From Meyerozyma guilliermondii (lineage: Eukaryota): 64,000 bases of DNA. The translations under genes and the position numbers were made by a program. Numbering within the stretch: the stretch's first letter is position 1; each line of letters starts with the position of its first letter. The stretch covers positions 806,001 to 870,000 of the forward strand of contig CP128820.1 in NCBI GenBank assembly GCA_051546255.1, given 5' to 3'. Shown piece after piece: positions 9,075 through 19,950 of the stretch. The notes beneath the pieces are model-generated. The model was not told the DNA's origin and did no database searches. It saw nothing but the letters and a program-made list of their open reading frames with translations.

Positions 9075-10979
9075 CTATATTAACCCACTGAGTGTCAAGC
9101 GCTCGAGAAATGGCGACAAGTCGTCGCGCCGGATTTCGATCACGGATGAGTCAAAGCTATCGATTCTGACTTTTGCACCCAGCGTCAGGGCCACTTGCTG
9201 AAATGCAACACTAAAGGTATTGAGGCGAGTTGTTACGGTGGCATCGCCGTTTTTATGGAGCATCTTTGCTGCGTCTGAGTTGCTCATTCCGCGAGGATAC
9301 TTTGGAGCCAAACCAATCACCAAGTATGTGTCACTTGGGACATCCAAACTTGCAACCACCAAAGGTTTGAGAGTGGTGCTATTGTTCGCAAATTCTAGCT
9401 CGGTTATGTTCTCCAAGAGCCATGTTCCGAGCTTGGAGAGAATGAGAGGGTTGCTGAACACCAGTAGGTCGGGAATGGCACCGTCGTTCAAAACGCAGAG
9501 TCTGTACAATCGGAGATTCTTGACTAGACGTCGTTCGAGAAGTGACATTCCTGCTCTGAATATGAGTTGCTGGATCCTCTTGGCGTGGTCAAGACCTTCG
9601 AGAAGTAAATCAAAGCCCTTATTTCCCTTGGTGGTCGATTTGTTCTGGGTTCCATATGTGCTGAGTGCATCCCACGACATCCAGAAATTGCTCACCCATA
9701 TTCTTTCCTTGTCCTCGATTCGCTGGTGAATTAGTCTATCGTCGTCCGGATGGTCTCCGTTCAGCACCTGAGCTCGGTCACATTCCAAGAGTGCTGTGAG
9801 TGCCTCAACACACTCCATGGCCAGAAGCTGGCCTCTGTATCCATATGTGCGTACAAAGCCGTCTCGAACGATTCCCTCGAGCCCGTAGAGGGGGAGGTAC
9901 TTGTTGAAGATGTAGGGAAGTTGCTTTTTCACGGTAACGTCCATGTAAAGCCACTTTTGTTGAGCAGTGGCCAAAGAAACACCCATCTTTGCGAAAAGCT
10001 TGTGGAGCCGTTTTCGTCCTTCCTCCGTCCATAAATTGAGTTTCGAGTTGACATGGCTCAGGTAGAAAAAGGCGTCATAGAGTGTCCAATGACGGAGAAG
10101 AAAAAGATGGTAGTCTTTCTCCACGGAAAGAGAAGTGGTATCGGCTGTTTTTTCGCTTGTGGATGAGGGGTTTAACCGGTATACCTCTTCGTTGAATAAC
10201 GGCTGGATCTTGTCGTAGACATCTGGATAATAACTGTCGAGAGACGATGTGCCCACTATGGCCAACCACAAGTTTTCTATGGTAGTTTCACCGATAGAAG
10301 AGATTAAAGCATACATGGTAGCAGTAGTGGAGGTGGCCACGGTGGTTCCTTGGTTGTAGTAAGACAGGATGAGATTTTCAGCGGAATTCGATGCCGATTT
10401 CCTCAGTTTTTTCTTTGAAATGCTTAATACATCTTCATCTGTATCGACGTCCTCGCCAGTAGCCTCATCGTCACTTTTTTCAACTTCATCTTCTTCATTT
10501 TCATCCTCCTCTTCATCCTCATGTTCCACCAAGTACTGATACGCCTCTCGTTCTTGTTGTAAGTTGCTGTCGATGTACCCATCGTCGAAACACACCACCA
10601 TACTCAGCCCAAACACATTATCGAGGTTCCAGGGCCGATGACCATCCATTATATACACCTTTCTCAACATGTCTGGCTGCAATTCCACCTCGAAAAAAGA
10701 CTCAATATCCAACATGGCTCCACATCCTAGCAATATCACGTTGTTCACTTCTGTGTCGAGCGCCAAGTAGCGTCGTTTCAAGTCTGCATACCCCACAACG
10801 GGCACCAACTGGTACAGAATGAGTTCTTTTCGTAATACTCCACAAAGAATTTTTGCCGAAGTTAATGCATCTATATTTAAGCACAGAACAAATAGAATGA
10901 GTTTTGTAGTCGAGTGCGATAGCGACGTTCGTTTCAACTCACGAAACTCGCGAGCATAGTCACTGGGCAAGATGTGCAT
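9075..10979 (-). CDS. CDC45: DNA replication initiation factor Cdc45
   Basis: Motifs DGHRPWNLDNVF, acidic insertion, FLLRHWTLYDAF, LHKLFAKMG and C-terminal KVRIDSFDSSVIEIRRDDLSPFLE. Confidence 0.96.
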   Translation of the reverse strand: MHILPSDYAREFRELKRTSLSHSTTKLILFVLCLNIDALTSAKILCGVLRKELILYQLVPVVGYADLKRRYLALDTEVNNVILLGCGAMLDIESFFEVELQPDMLRKVYIMDGHRPWNLDNVFGLSMVVCFDDGYIDSNLQQEREAYQYLVEHEDEEEDENEEDEVEKSDDEATGEDVDTDEDVLSISKKKLRKSASNSAENLILSYYNQGTTVATSTTATMYALISSIGETTIENLWLAIVGTSSLDSYYPDVYDKIQPLFNEEVYRLNPSSTSEKTADTTSLSVEKDYHLFLLRHWTLYDAFFYLSHVNSKLNLWTEEGRKRLHKLFAKMGVSLATAQQKWLYMDVTVKKQLPYIFNKYLPLYGLEGIVRDGFVRTYGYRGQLLAMECVEALTALLECDRAQVLNGDHPDDDRLIHQRIEDKERIWVSNFWMSWDALSTYGTQNKSTTKGNKGFDLLLEGLDHAKRIQQLIFRAGMSLLERRLVKNLRLYRLCVLNDGAIPDLLVFSNPLILSKLGTWLLENITELEFANNSTTLKPLVVASLDVPSDTYLVIGLAPKYPRGMSNSDAAKMLHKNGDATVTTRLNTFSVAFQQVALTLGAKVRIDSFDSSVIEIRRDDLSPFLERLTLSGLI

Positions 10980-11029
10980 AAAGAAGAGGATGTAGGTGTT
11001 GAACTTTAGTGCATCGCCTGCATACGGAG

Positions 11030-11035
11030 ACGCGT
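11030..11035. promoter_or_regulatory. MCB element (ACGCGT) about 50 bp upstream of CDC45
   Basis: Exact MluI-box match upstream of a G1/S replication gene. Confidence 0.55.
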
Positions 11036-11107
11036 ACTGAATCTGAAATGAGTGCGAATGAATTCAGTGCACATCTCGCTCATCTACATTACTTTTTTTT
11101 GGTTTTA

Positions 11108-12796
11108 TTAAACGTAAGAGAAGCTTCCGAAATTTCGGCGCGCCACCTGGTTGATATCCCACGTAAGAATACCGCCTCGTTCGCACCCAATAAGTAATTT
11201 GTTGCCGTACCACGCAAGTCCTGCCAACTCCATTTCTCCATCAATGTGGTTATATGACTGCTGGTACGAATCATGATGTAGTTCAATGGCAGCGTTCGAT
11301 GCCCGCAGAGTCGGTATTTCGTGGTGTAAAGATACCATTGGTGTAGATGCGTGGGTCAATGGTTCGGCATTTTCGTCAATTCTACACTCTTGTGCTTGGT
11401 CTCCACGGTTCTGCCCCCATTGAGGAATATTGAAATTGGGGGCTCCACCTTCTGCTCTGCTGATGGCCGTGGGTGGTGGGGGTGTGTAGGCATAGTTTTT
11501 GAACATCTTGGGTTTTACGTTTGCGACGTAATCGTAGTCATATACCAATGGAGCCGTGAACTGGACTCGCTCTTCGATGGGATTGACACCTTGTGACTTG
11601 AAATTGGTGCTTGGGTCAGCATAAACGCTAACCATGTTGTGGGTGTCTTGCTCGTCTGACTCGTCCATATACTCGTCGCCATTCTGGACTCGCTGAAGTT
11701 TTCTTGCTGCCTCCAACTCGCCGTCTTTATAGTTGCCAAATTGGTCCAAAGCAAATGGGAACACTATTACCTGATGGCCTTCCGGCTCGGTGTTGCGCTT
11801 CAAGTCCACTATGTGTACACGACCTACGTGCTCCAGAACAACCAACAAATCGTTAACGTTCAAGTTGGAAAACTTGCAGCACCGGAAAGCTCCAGACTGG
11901 TGGCCTGGACGAGTCGATCTGATTTCGTGCGTAGGTTCGCCCATATTACGTACGTCGTACACCAAACATGTGCCGTCTTGAAATGTCACCGAGAAAACTT
12001 CTCCCAGTGAGTGGTAGGAGATTCCAAACCCAGAGTCATGGTCGGTGGTTATCTTGTCAACCACCCCATTTCGGACTTTTGGGTCACAAAGAAATACGGA
12101 TGGTGAGTCACCGGTGACGATAAGCAGATCGTTGGTTGGGGACTGACAAACATTGTTGAGCGAGGTGTTGAGTTCACAATTGATTTTCGAGGTGACGTCG
12201 ATCCGGTCGCCAGTGATGTCTAGCAGGTACAAGTTGGAGTCGTTATTACAGACGTATGCCTTGTACTGTCCATTTGTATGCTGTTTTACTGTCACAGCGT
12301 TGTTGATCATGGCTCCAAGTTTGCCCACTTTGGTGATTTCTGTGTCTGGATGATAAAACGAAAAGAGTCCTTTCAAAGGTCCACTATGTCGATCGAGACT
12401 GGTTAGGTTTTCTGCGTAGTAACTTGCATGATGCTGGGATGCCAGAGACATGATCACACCACCAGTCACGGTGGCTCGGTCGTTTGTGTTGAAACATCTT
12501 GGACCGTAATCGGAACAAAAGTGCACCCTCGAAGTTGCCTTTTGGCCAAGTTGAAGTTCTCTTATAGTATCTGCTCGAGTGTAGTAAATTGCCCCCGTAC
12601 TCCGATCGACTTGAAGAAGGTCCCTGAGCTGCCAGTGGTTGACTTTACATTGTATTCCAAGAATATATTGGGGATGAGGATAAAGATAACGGTGAGCATG
12701 ATAGTAATTTTGAAAGCAGCGATAATAAGTTGTGGAGGAACGTCTTGGAGCAAGTGACGATCTACGCCGTGGCTCTTCGTGGATATCTATGGTCAT
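11108..12796 (-). CDS. GID11: WD40 / DUF2415 protein, YLR149C (Gid11)-like
   Basis: Motifs HWQLRDLL, YVCNND, SGFGISY, FQDGTCLVYDVRN and GAFRCCKFS. EHVGRVHIVDL follows a CTG (Ser) codon. Confidence 0.7.
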   Translation of the reverse strand: MTIDIHEEPRRRSSLAPRRSSTTYYRCFQNYYHAHRYLYPHPQYILGIQCKVNHWQLRDLLQVDRSTGAIYYTRADTIRELQLGQKATSRVHFCSDYGPRCFNTNDRATVTGGVIMSLASQHHASYYAENLTSLDRHSGPLKGLFSFYHPDTEITKVGKLGAMINNAVTVKQHTNGQYKAYVCNNDSNLYLLDITGDRIDVTSKINCELNTSLNNVCQSPTNDLLIVTGDSPSVFLCDPKVRNGVVDKITTDHDSGFGISYHSLGEVFSVTFQDGTCLVYDVRNMGEPTHEIRSTRPGHQSGAFRCCKFSNLNVNDLLVVLEHVGRVHIVDLKRNTEPEGHQVIVFPFALDQFGNYKDGELEAARKLQRVQNGDEYMDESDEQDTHNMVSVYADPSTNFKSQGVNPIEERVQFTAPLVYDYDYVANVKPKMFKNYAYTPPPPTAISRAEGGAPNFNIPQWGQNRGDQAQECRIDENAEPLTHASTPMVSLHHEIPTLRASNAAIELHHDSYQQSYNHIDGEMELAGLAWYGNKLLIGCERGGILTWDINQVARRNFGSFSYV

Positions 12797-13818
12797 TGAT
12801 GAAATAAGGATACCAATTTTTTAGGTGGTCTTGAAATGATCCGCAACTAATGGTTTTTATCGCCGCTCCCTGTCCTGCACGGAAAAAGAAACGAGAGTCG
12901 TGTGATTATTGTTTGCGGATAAAAGGAGGGTTTGAGAAGCTGGAGAAGAGAAACAAAAGTGCAGGGTGTTTATCCTCATAAACTTGAGGGTACTGTGACC
13001 TTAGATCTGGAATTTTTTGGTTTTTAAGGTCAGTCGAGATTGCGAGCCCGGACGATCGAGGACTAGCATGCAGTACCCCACACCTGGCTAGTGCGGGAGC
13101 TGCATGAACGATTGCGGACGAGAGTGTATATGCGCCGTGCGATTGCGGGGTGTATCTGGGGATGGGATAGGAAGGGAAGAATAGAGACTAAAAGTCAATT
13201 TCGTTTGAGAGTGTTAGTGGAGGAATGGGGTTTGGGTGTGACTCTGTTTGAATCAGATCTTCAAATTTTTGTTGTTTGTCCAATTAGGCAATTTCGAAGA
13301 TGTTGCAAATGGCTGCAACTGTGCAGATACGATAGCATTACGTTATAATGAATAAAGTATAAGAGTCATAGAATCGGCTGTGAAATGTGATTTCATAACT
13401 GAATATGAACAAAAAATGATCTTTTGTCACTGCCAATCAGATGCATCCATGTTGGTTCAGAAAAATGACGTAGAACAAATTCACGATGAATTCAACGAGT
13501 ATAAATTTATAGCCTTCCCATTTCCTTTGTAGTGGGTATAAACTGTTTGTAGACCAATTCCATTCAACTTTGTTTATATCCTTCGTACACTTTTCCATCA
13601 TCATTTTTCAGATAATAGCGTGCGACAGTTTTCAATAGCTGCAATATTTGAGCCATTTCGAAGCTTATCCAACACATCTTAAAATTCGTCTAACACATCT
13701 CAGTTCATCACAGATTGTTCATCTAATGCTACATTCCATTCAAATAAATATTATATTAAAATTAAAATGTAAGTAAATTGTAAGTCATAAATATAGCCCT
13801 GCTACACTAGGTCGCGGA

Positions 13819-14040
13819 TCATCTCAATGCCAAGTACTGCGCTGCAGACTGGTAGCTTGATTTCCGCTTAGGAGCTGTCGTGGGATTATTCGGGTCACTT
13901 AGGCAATTCCTTAGCTTCAGCATATAACTCTTAGCTTTGCTAGCTTTGCTAGTCTTGGTAGAAGTCGAGTACCCGCTAGCTGTATCAGAAACGGAATAAG
14001 TTTCAGTGTTGGACAAGTTATCTTTTTTACTGTCTGTCAT
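13819..14040 (-). CDS. Small Ser/Thr/Lys-rich hypothetical protein (73 aa)
   Basis: ATG in an acaATG context with TATAAAA about 35-40 bp upstream. SDTASxYSTST and the C-terminal AAQYLALR resemble small uncharacterised fungal proteins (from memory). Confidence 0.65.
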   Translation of the reverse strand: MTDSKKDNLSNTETYSVSDTASGYSTSTKTSKASKAKSYMLKLRNCLSDPNNPTTAPKRKSSYQSAAQYLALR

Positions 14041-14162
14041 TGTGAATGATAAACCAAGGGGATGACCCCTTTCTTTTATAGACGTGGCGCTACATAAGTA
14101 TTACCAATCTATATTACGAAGATCGCATTTACGAATCCCAAAACGTGAGGGAAACCAAATTG

Positions 14163-14265
14163 TGAGTCAGCAGCGCCGCACATGGTAAAATGTGTATTCG
14201 TCATATTTGCACGAACGACATACAGTTTGCTGGCGTGGGATTGGTGAATAATGGCCATGAGTCAA
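14163..14265. promoter_or_regulatory. Two TGAGTCA (Gcn4/AP-1 bZIP) sites upstream of the 73-aa gene
   Basis: TGAGTCA occurs at about 14163 and about 14258. Confidence 0.45.
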
Positions 14266-14696
14266 TTGCATCAGTGTTCCCCATTCCATGTATAATGTAT
14301 ACATGCTTTTTTTTCAGAATCTTCCAGTCAATTCTTAAAGTGTTCGCGCCGCACTACTATTATTGAACTATAACGATGCCTGTAATTTTCGCGAAGCCAC
14401 GTACCGTATTGGTATCCTATCAATTCTAGACTCTATAGTGGTCTCCGATAATTCTGGTCTCCTATCAATTGACGGAAATCCATCAATTCTGGTCACCTAT
14501 CTTTCACAACTCATCAATTGTTCATGCAACGACCACGGTTGCGAAAAGGTGTGTTTAGCAGATTATGCATATACCATTAGTAACCCTGGAAAAAAGGAAG
14601 GCAAGTCATTGCGCCACCAATTTAAGAACCTAAGGCAGTTGTAAAACAACTGTAATGCCATTGTAATGCAACTGAAATTGCATTGAGATGTGACTC

Positions 14697-15080
14697 TTAA
14701 ACGACTCCCTTCCACGCTCTGCTCACCCAGCCGCAGTCTCGTATGTTGTCGTCCTTCGCGTCCACTTTCCAGTTTGTTCTAGGATCGTCGTAATTTGCGG
14801 CCACGTCACCAGCTGGCTTGGAAATGCACAAATAGCGGCCATCTGGCAAAAAACATCTCAACTGTGACGAAGGGTAAGGACAAGGACAAAACTTGGGAGC
14901 GTCTACACAGAGTGAGGTTCCTGGACAAAGGTATTTGTCACAGTTGGAATTCAACACTTGTGCCTCGTAATGTTCTGGGCTCTTTTGGGCCTGGCCTCCA
15001 CCGCCAAATTGGTTTTGGATAAAGTCGAAAAGACTGGCGGAACATCCAACTACGAGGAATAAAAAGTATATAAGATGCAT
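14697..15080 (-). CDS. LCL2: Long chronological lifespan protein 2 (secretory, Cys-rich)
   Basis: Signal peptide, then [30 protein letters not shown] and RDCGWV. The first ATG is at 15080; the ORF-track start is a TTG. Confidence 0.88.
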   Translation of the reverse strand: MHLIYFLFLVVGCSASLFDFIQNQFGGGGQAQKSPEHYEAQVLNSNCDKYLCPGTSLCVDAPKFCPCPYPSSQLRCFLPDGRYLCISKPAGDVAANYDDPRTNWKVDAKDDNIRDCGWVSRAWKGVV

Positions 15081-15379
15081 GAATGAGCAGACTGGTGTGC
15101 TAATCAATGAGATTGTGTGAGTGATGTTGTGAATCTCAGTGAACTTGTATGAAACTCAGCGATGTTTTATTGGTGTGAAGCTATCACCTAGTAGTTGAAT
15201 CTGCCACTTCACAGATCGCAGTTCGCGCTGGGCTGGCGCCGGGTAACGGTTTAGGGTCCCCGGTCCCCGCGCCCTTTAAATACCCATCGGTTTGACAGGG
15301 GGTTGTGTGCAGTCCGCTATATAAGTAATCAAGCACCCGGTTCCGGACACGTTCCGAACAGCAATTGTGAAAAATTAAC

Positions 15380-16093
15380 ATGAGTCTTGGAAAGTGTTGC
15401 GTTACCACCTTCAAGCACGAGGGAACCTCTACAGGAAAAATCACCACGGTGGCTGGTGTGGAGTCTTATGTGGCTGGAGCTGAGAATGGCTTCGACAAGG
15501 TGGTGGTTATTCTCACCGATATTTATGGTCCTAAACTTATTAACACCCAATTGATTGCTGACCAGTTTGCTGAGCAGTTGAAGGCGCAGGTTGTTGTGCC
15601 AGATCTCTTTAACAATGACCCTTACAATCCTGAGAGTGGTATTGAACTTATGGACTGGTTGAAGAACCACGGCATCGAGGGATCCAAAAAATTCACCAAA
15701 ACCTTCTTGGAGAACCTTACCAAAGAGTCGTCGCCCAAGGAGATTTTTGGTGTGGGTTACTGCTATGGTGCTCCATTGGTGCTTGAGAACTTGGTTGAAG
15801 GTGGATTTTTCAAGCTGGGAGCCATCGCTCATCCTTCTTTCACCACCCCAGAGGAATACTCCAAGGTGGCCAAACCCTTACTCATTTCGAGTGCTCCCGA
15901 TGACGAGTTGTTCGTCCCCGAGTTGAGAACGAAGGCAATTGAGGTTTTGACTGCCAACAAAACGTGGTTCCTTGTGAACCTCTTTGAGGGTGCTCCCCAT
16001 GGTTTTGCCGTTAGAGGTGACTTGTCGCAGCCCAAAGTCAAGTTTGCGAAAGAAAAGGCGTTCGCGGACGTGGTGCTTTGGTTCCAGCAGTAA
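15380..16093 (+). CDS. Dienelactone hydrolase family protein (Aim2-like), copy 1
   Basis: CC...FKHEG, TDIYG, PDLF, nucleophile motif GYCYG, AHPS and HGFAVRGD. Confidence 0.9.
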   Translation: MSLGKCCVTTFKHEGTSTGKITTVAGVESYVAGAENGFDKVVVILTDIYGPKLINTQLIADQFAEQLKAQVVVPDLFNNDPYNPESGIELMDWLKNHGIEGSKKFTKTFLENLTKESSPKEIFGVGYCYGAPLVLENLVEGGFFKLGAIAHPSFTTPEEYSKVAKPLLISSAPDDELFVPELRTKAIEVLTANKTWFLVNLFEGAPHGFAVRGDLSQPKVKFAKEKAFADVVLWFQQ

Positions 16094-16273
16094 ATATTAT
16101 AAAAGTATTTGTGTTTTCTTGCAACTATGTATCGGAGACAAGCTTCGAGCCCCGAGTCCCAATCGGGAAATTCGGCCGTGTTAACGGCGAGCACCGAGAC
16201 ACACGGACATACCTGAGGTGCCCCAATTTCCCAACTATAAATACCGCTTCTCCTGCTCCAGATTATTCACACA

Positions 16274-16990
16274 ATGTCATTGACAGACTGCTGCAGCACA
16301 GGTTTTAAACACGAGGGAACCCCAGACGGAACTATCTCCACCATCGGTGGACTTGAGACATACTCGGTTGGCGCCGAGTACGGCTGGGAAAAGATCGTGG
16401 TAATCTTTACCGATATCTTTGGCCACAAATTTCTCAACAACCAGCTTCTCGCTGACCAATTGTCCAAGAGTGGAAAGTTTCAGGTGTTAATTCCTGACAT
16501 TTTGGAGGGTGATCCCATTGCAGACTTTGGAAGCTTTGATGCAAAGACATGGATTCCTAAACACAACCATGATAGAATTAAGGGAATTGTCGACCCATTT
16601 TTGAAGCAGATTGTGGAAAAGGAGCAGCCCAAGGCCATTTATGGAATTGCTCATTGCTTTGGTGCTCCACAGGTTTTTAGGCAATTGACCAAAGATGGCT
16701 ATTTGACTCGCGGAGCTGTAGCCCATCCATCTATGGTCACCAAGGAAGACTTGGAAAAGGTGGAAAAGCCACTTTTGATCTCTACTGGTCCGGATGACGC
16801 AGCATTTGGACGTGAGCTTCGCAACCAGACAATTGACATTTTGACGGAAAAGGACGTGATTTTCCAAATGGACATCTTTTCTGGAGCTGATCATGGCTAT
16901 CAAGTCCGTGGAGATATCACTGTGCCTCGGATCAAATATGCCAAGGAAAAGACGACCTACGACCAGGTGGCATTTTTCAGCCGTTTATAG
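16274..16990 (+). CDS. Dienelactone hydrolase family protein, copy 2, with C-terminal PTS1 (SRL)
   Basis: CC.TGFKHEG, TDIFG, AHCFG, AHPS and HGYQVRGD. The protein ends FFSRL*. Confidence 0.9.
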   Translation: MSLTDCCSTGFKHEGTPDGTISTIGGLETYSVGAEYGWEKIVVIFTDIFGHKFLNNQLLADQLSKSGKFQVLIPDILEGDPIADFGSFDAKTWIPKHNHDRIKGIVDPFLKQIVEKEQPKAIYGIAHCFGAPQVFRQLTKDGYLTRGAVAHPSMVTKEDLEKVEKPLLISTGPDDAAFGRELRNQTIDILTEKDVIFQMDIFSGADHGYQVRGDITVPRIKYAKEKTTYDQVAFFSRL

Positions 16991-17073
16991 GAGATAGTCA
17001 AGAACTTTGATAGCAATTGAATCGGTTGCAAAAAAAACACTGGCTCGCCAAATAGTTTTGAGTTATAGGTTTG

Positions 17074-18480
17074 CTAATTGGGGTGCTCTTTCGATCCGTA
17101 AATCATGTCCTCCACCTCACTCTTCACCTCCAATAGTGCCCTCTTCTCTGACCGCACCCCCAAGAACCAAATGAGCCCGTTCACCACACCAGTTATGCCT
17201 ATTATTGTGCTTGCCAACAGGAGAAGAATAGTACTCCAGGCACTTCGCTGAGCAGCCCATGTCATGCCAATGTGTATAATAATGATTAGAACAAAAGAAC
17301 CAATAAAGTGCCATTTTCTCCATTGTGCTTGGAAAGGAATGGTGTGGTTCAAGTAGATTTCAATTTCCCGTTTGAGTTCCTGATAGACTTCAATGCGCTC
17401 AGAAGGACGGTGTTCTTTGATGCGGCGGGATTCATTTGCAATTTGCAATTCCACAGAGTATGCAAAGTGGTCAGAAAGCGAGCAATTGTATGGAGATTCA
17501 GATACTTCTGTGAACCGAACTGCGGCGTTAATAGGAAGAACCGTAGCCTTATCAATAAGAGCATAGTCCAAACGACATGCTTCAGAGAGACGTCGGTTTG
17601 CACGCCAGGTGTTCAATGTGGAGTTACAAGTCACTCCACCAATGAGAATTTGGTCCTCTGGAGACATTTCTGCTATGGGAGTAATACCAGCGGGCCCGAT
17701 CGCCGGAGTTGCAGATGCCATAGGACCAACATTGACATCCACAGGAGGTGCCACATCCTCAGCTTTCTTGCCAGAAACACTGCCTAGCACATCCCAAGAG
17801 TCTTCCAAGCCTCCCTCTACGGTAAATAGTTTATAAGGCAAAGAACCAGGTCTGGAGTTGAGATCTCCAACCTGAACCACAGCGTATCCTGCCCGTTTGA
17901 GCATACGAACCAACTTTGTAAAGTCCCACGCCTGGCATGCTCTGTGGCAGCTATAAGCAGCATCACCCGTGAGGGCATAGGGGGCATGCATGTGGGAGTT
18001 TAGTAGGGCTATAGGAAGTGCACCTTTTGTATGAGGTTGGAGTAAAGTCACACTTATGCTTTTTCCCACCATCCAGTCGCCTCGGAAGAACGCTGACGGT
18101 CTCCCGTTGATTGGAAATCGATATAGAAACGTCTCCTTGATGGGGACTTTGGAGAGTATACAAAGACCAGGACCGGTGATTATTCCTGAATTAAAATTGC
18201 GTCGATATGGGTACAAATTTTCACAGCGGCTGCTGAGATATTCCCAGTCTTCACTACACCACACCTCCTGCAACGCTACTATGTCATAGTCATCCTGGGA
18301 CCCAGGGACGGCATTTGCAAGCCGATCGGCTATGGCACAAAGACGAAATCTTCGATATTTGGAAACGTATTTTAAACCCCAAGTGTTATAAGTAAGAAGT
18401 CTTATATTGGCGCTGTTTGTGTGAACACTTTCCTGTAATTCCAACTCCCGAACTTCATCGGCAGCTTGTACTTTATCCAT
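17074..18480 (-). CDS. ISC1: Inositol phosphosphingolipid phospholipase C
   Basis: LTYNTWGLK, LQEVW, NSHMHAPY, GDLNS, RLDY and SDHF, plus two C-terminal TMs. Divergent from SPC25, as in S. cerevisiae (YER019W/YER018C). Confidence 0.94.
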   Translation of the reverse strand: MDKVQAADEVRELELQESVHTNSANIRLLTYNTWGLKYVSKYRRFRLCAIADRLANAVPGSQDDYDIVALQEVWCSEDWEYLSSRCENLYPYRRNFNSGIITGPGLCILSKVPIKETFLYRFPINGRPSAFFRGDWMVGKSISVTLLQPHTKGALPIALLNSHMHAPYALTGDAAYSCHRACQAWDFTKLVRMLKRAGYAVVQVGDLNSRPGSLPYKLFTVEGGLEDSWDVLGSVSGKKAEDVAPPVDVNVGPMASATPAIGPAGITPIAEMSPEDQILIGGVTCNSTLNTWRANRRLSEACRLDYALIDKATVLPINAAVRFTEVSESPYNCSLSDHFAYSVELQIANESRRIKEHRPSERIEVYQELKREIEIYLNHTIPFQAQWRKWHFIGSFVLIIIIHIGMTWAAQRSAWSTILLLLASTIIGITGVVNGLIWFLGVRSEKRALLEVKSEVEDMIYGSKEHPN

Positions 18481-18562
18481 GCCCAATAAATAACAGTCTC
18501 AACTGTGAGCTTAAATATGGGTGTCTGGATACAAAACCAGCGCGATGTGTGGGTTTTCGGAT

Positions 18563-18600
18563 GTAAATACCACAAAATCAGAATCTCACTTTTTGTTTAC
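18563..18600. promoter_or_regulatory. Two forkhead-type sites (GTAAATA, TGTTTAC) upstream of SPC25
   Basis: Exact RYAAAYA matches at 18563-18569 and 18594-18600. Confidence 0.4.
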
Positions 18601-18611
18601 TGCTTTGGATC

Positions 18612-19640
18612 ATGACATCGTTCGATGATTTTGGGACCTTGCAGACCCGAATGAACGACTTGACGGTGGATTTCGACGCCTATATCAACCGGACTCGTAC
18701 TGAAGTCATTACCTCAAAGCAGGATCATTATGGACGTGTTACAGAGTTGAAGAGCAGACAAGCACAGTTGGAGATGGAAATATCTGCCCTTCAGCAAAAG
18801 GAAAAGAAGGTTAAAGACACCATTACGCGTACTTTGGAGGAACTCCAGGTGCAGCAGCTTAAAGTAGAGGAGTTGAGGTTGAAAGAACAAGCACAATTAC
18901 GAGAAAGAGAAGAATTGCAAAAGCAAATGGCCATTCTGCTACAACAAGTACGACAGGCAGAGGACTCTTTGCGTAACCAGAAGCTGGATTTACAAGCACA
19001 AATGCTTCGGGACCATCCAGAGCTTGCCAAATTTGAGCATTACTTGGGACTCCGTATCGAGGCCATCAAAGAAGACTGTGTTCGCTTCATCTTTTATAAT
19101 GTGTTTTGGAATGACGTGGATCGCGAGGTGTATTGCCAGCTCAATGTTGGCGAGGACAAGTATATCATAGACGGCACTAGTCCTGTGCTTGAAGCTGAGG
19201 TCTTGAACCGTATGGAGAGCTTATTGAATGATAACAAAAACTTTGGCAAGTTTTTGAAACATGTAAGAGAAGAGCTTCGTGATGCTGCGGATAAGGAGGC
19301 GGAGAAGGTTGAGCAGGATGCCGAAAGAGAGCGTGAGAAGGAGCGTGAGAAGGAGGATGAAAAGGAGCGGGAAGTGAATGCTGGTGTTGCAAGAGAAGAG
19401 GCGGTAGTTGACGAGGCAGACAAAGAACACAGTGCAGGCGATGGACCGATAAGTGTTGGCGCTGAGACAGAAGATAATGGAACGGACGGCAAAAATGATA
19501 CCCCTGCGGAACCTGAGAAAGTGACCGAGATGGTTGATGCTGCAAAATCAGAGGAAATCACCGTCCAACAAGACATTATAGAAGAGTCGGTTGAGTCGCC
19601 TAATGAGCCCATGGAAGAGGAGGAGATTTCATCGTCCTAA
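18612..19640 (+). CDS. SPC25: Ndc80 complex subunit Spc25 with an acidic C-terminal extension
   Basis: Long coiled coil, then an RWD-like head (PELAKFEHYLGLRIEA...RFIF...FGKFLKHVR). Synteny with ISC1 supports the call. Confidence 0.85.
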   Translation: MTSFDDFGTLQTRMNDLTVDFDAYINRTRTEVITSKQDHYGRVTELKSRQAQLEMEISALQQKEKKVKDTITRTLEELQVQQLKVEELRLKEQAQLREREELQKQMAILLQQVRQAEDSLRNQKLDLQAQMLRDHPELAKFEHYLGLRIEAIKEDCVRFIFYNVFWNDVDREVYCQLNVGEDKYIIDGTSPVLEAEVLNRMESLLNDNKNFGKFLKHVREELRDAADKEAEKVEQDAEREREKEREKEDEKEREVNAGVAREEAVVDEADKEHSAGDGPISVGAETEDNGTDGKNDTPAEPEKVTEMVDAAKSEEITVQQDIIEESVESPNEPMEEEEISSS

Positions 19641-19950
19641 GGCTAACATTGTGGTATTTCAACAACTTCAATTTGCATAAAACACAACGCTTTTTTCGGC
19701 GTTCTTGACTTTGCAGGCAAAGTCGGACAATCATCAGGTTTTCTCTACTAAAACTTCAACAAGAAACTAATCAGCTTTAAGCTACAAACATCAATGCACT
19801 AGTTTCCCGAAAGACAGATGACGTCAGTTTCTCGTAAACTACCTATGACTGTGTTTCCCCAGTTTTTTGTTGGTGTATCGGTGTTTGCTTCACATGTAAG
19901 TATCAAAATTCAAAACTCAACTTGTTGAACATTCCTCAATAAAGCAAACT

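Noticed and set aside
13450..13610. Possible C/D snoRNA (ATGATGA...CTGA on the minus strand); also lone ATGATGA boxes near 54445, 54913 and 56058
   Set aside because: No recognisable rRNA guide or convincing terminal stem. An Rfam/Infernal scan would decide.
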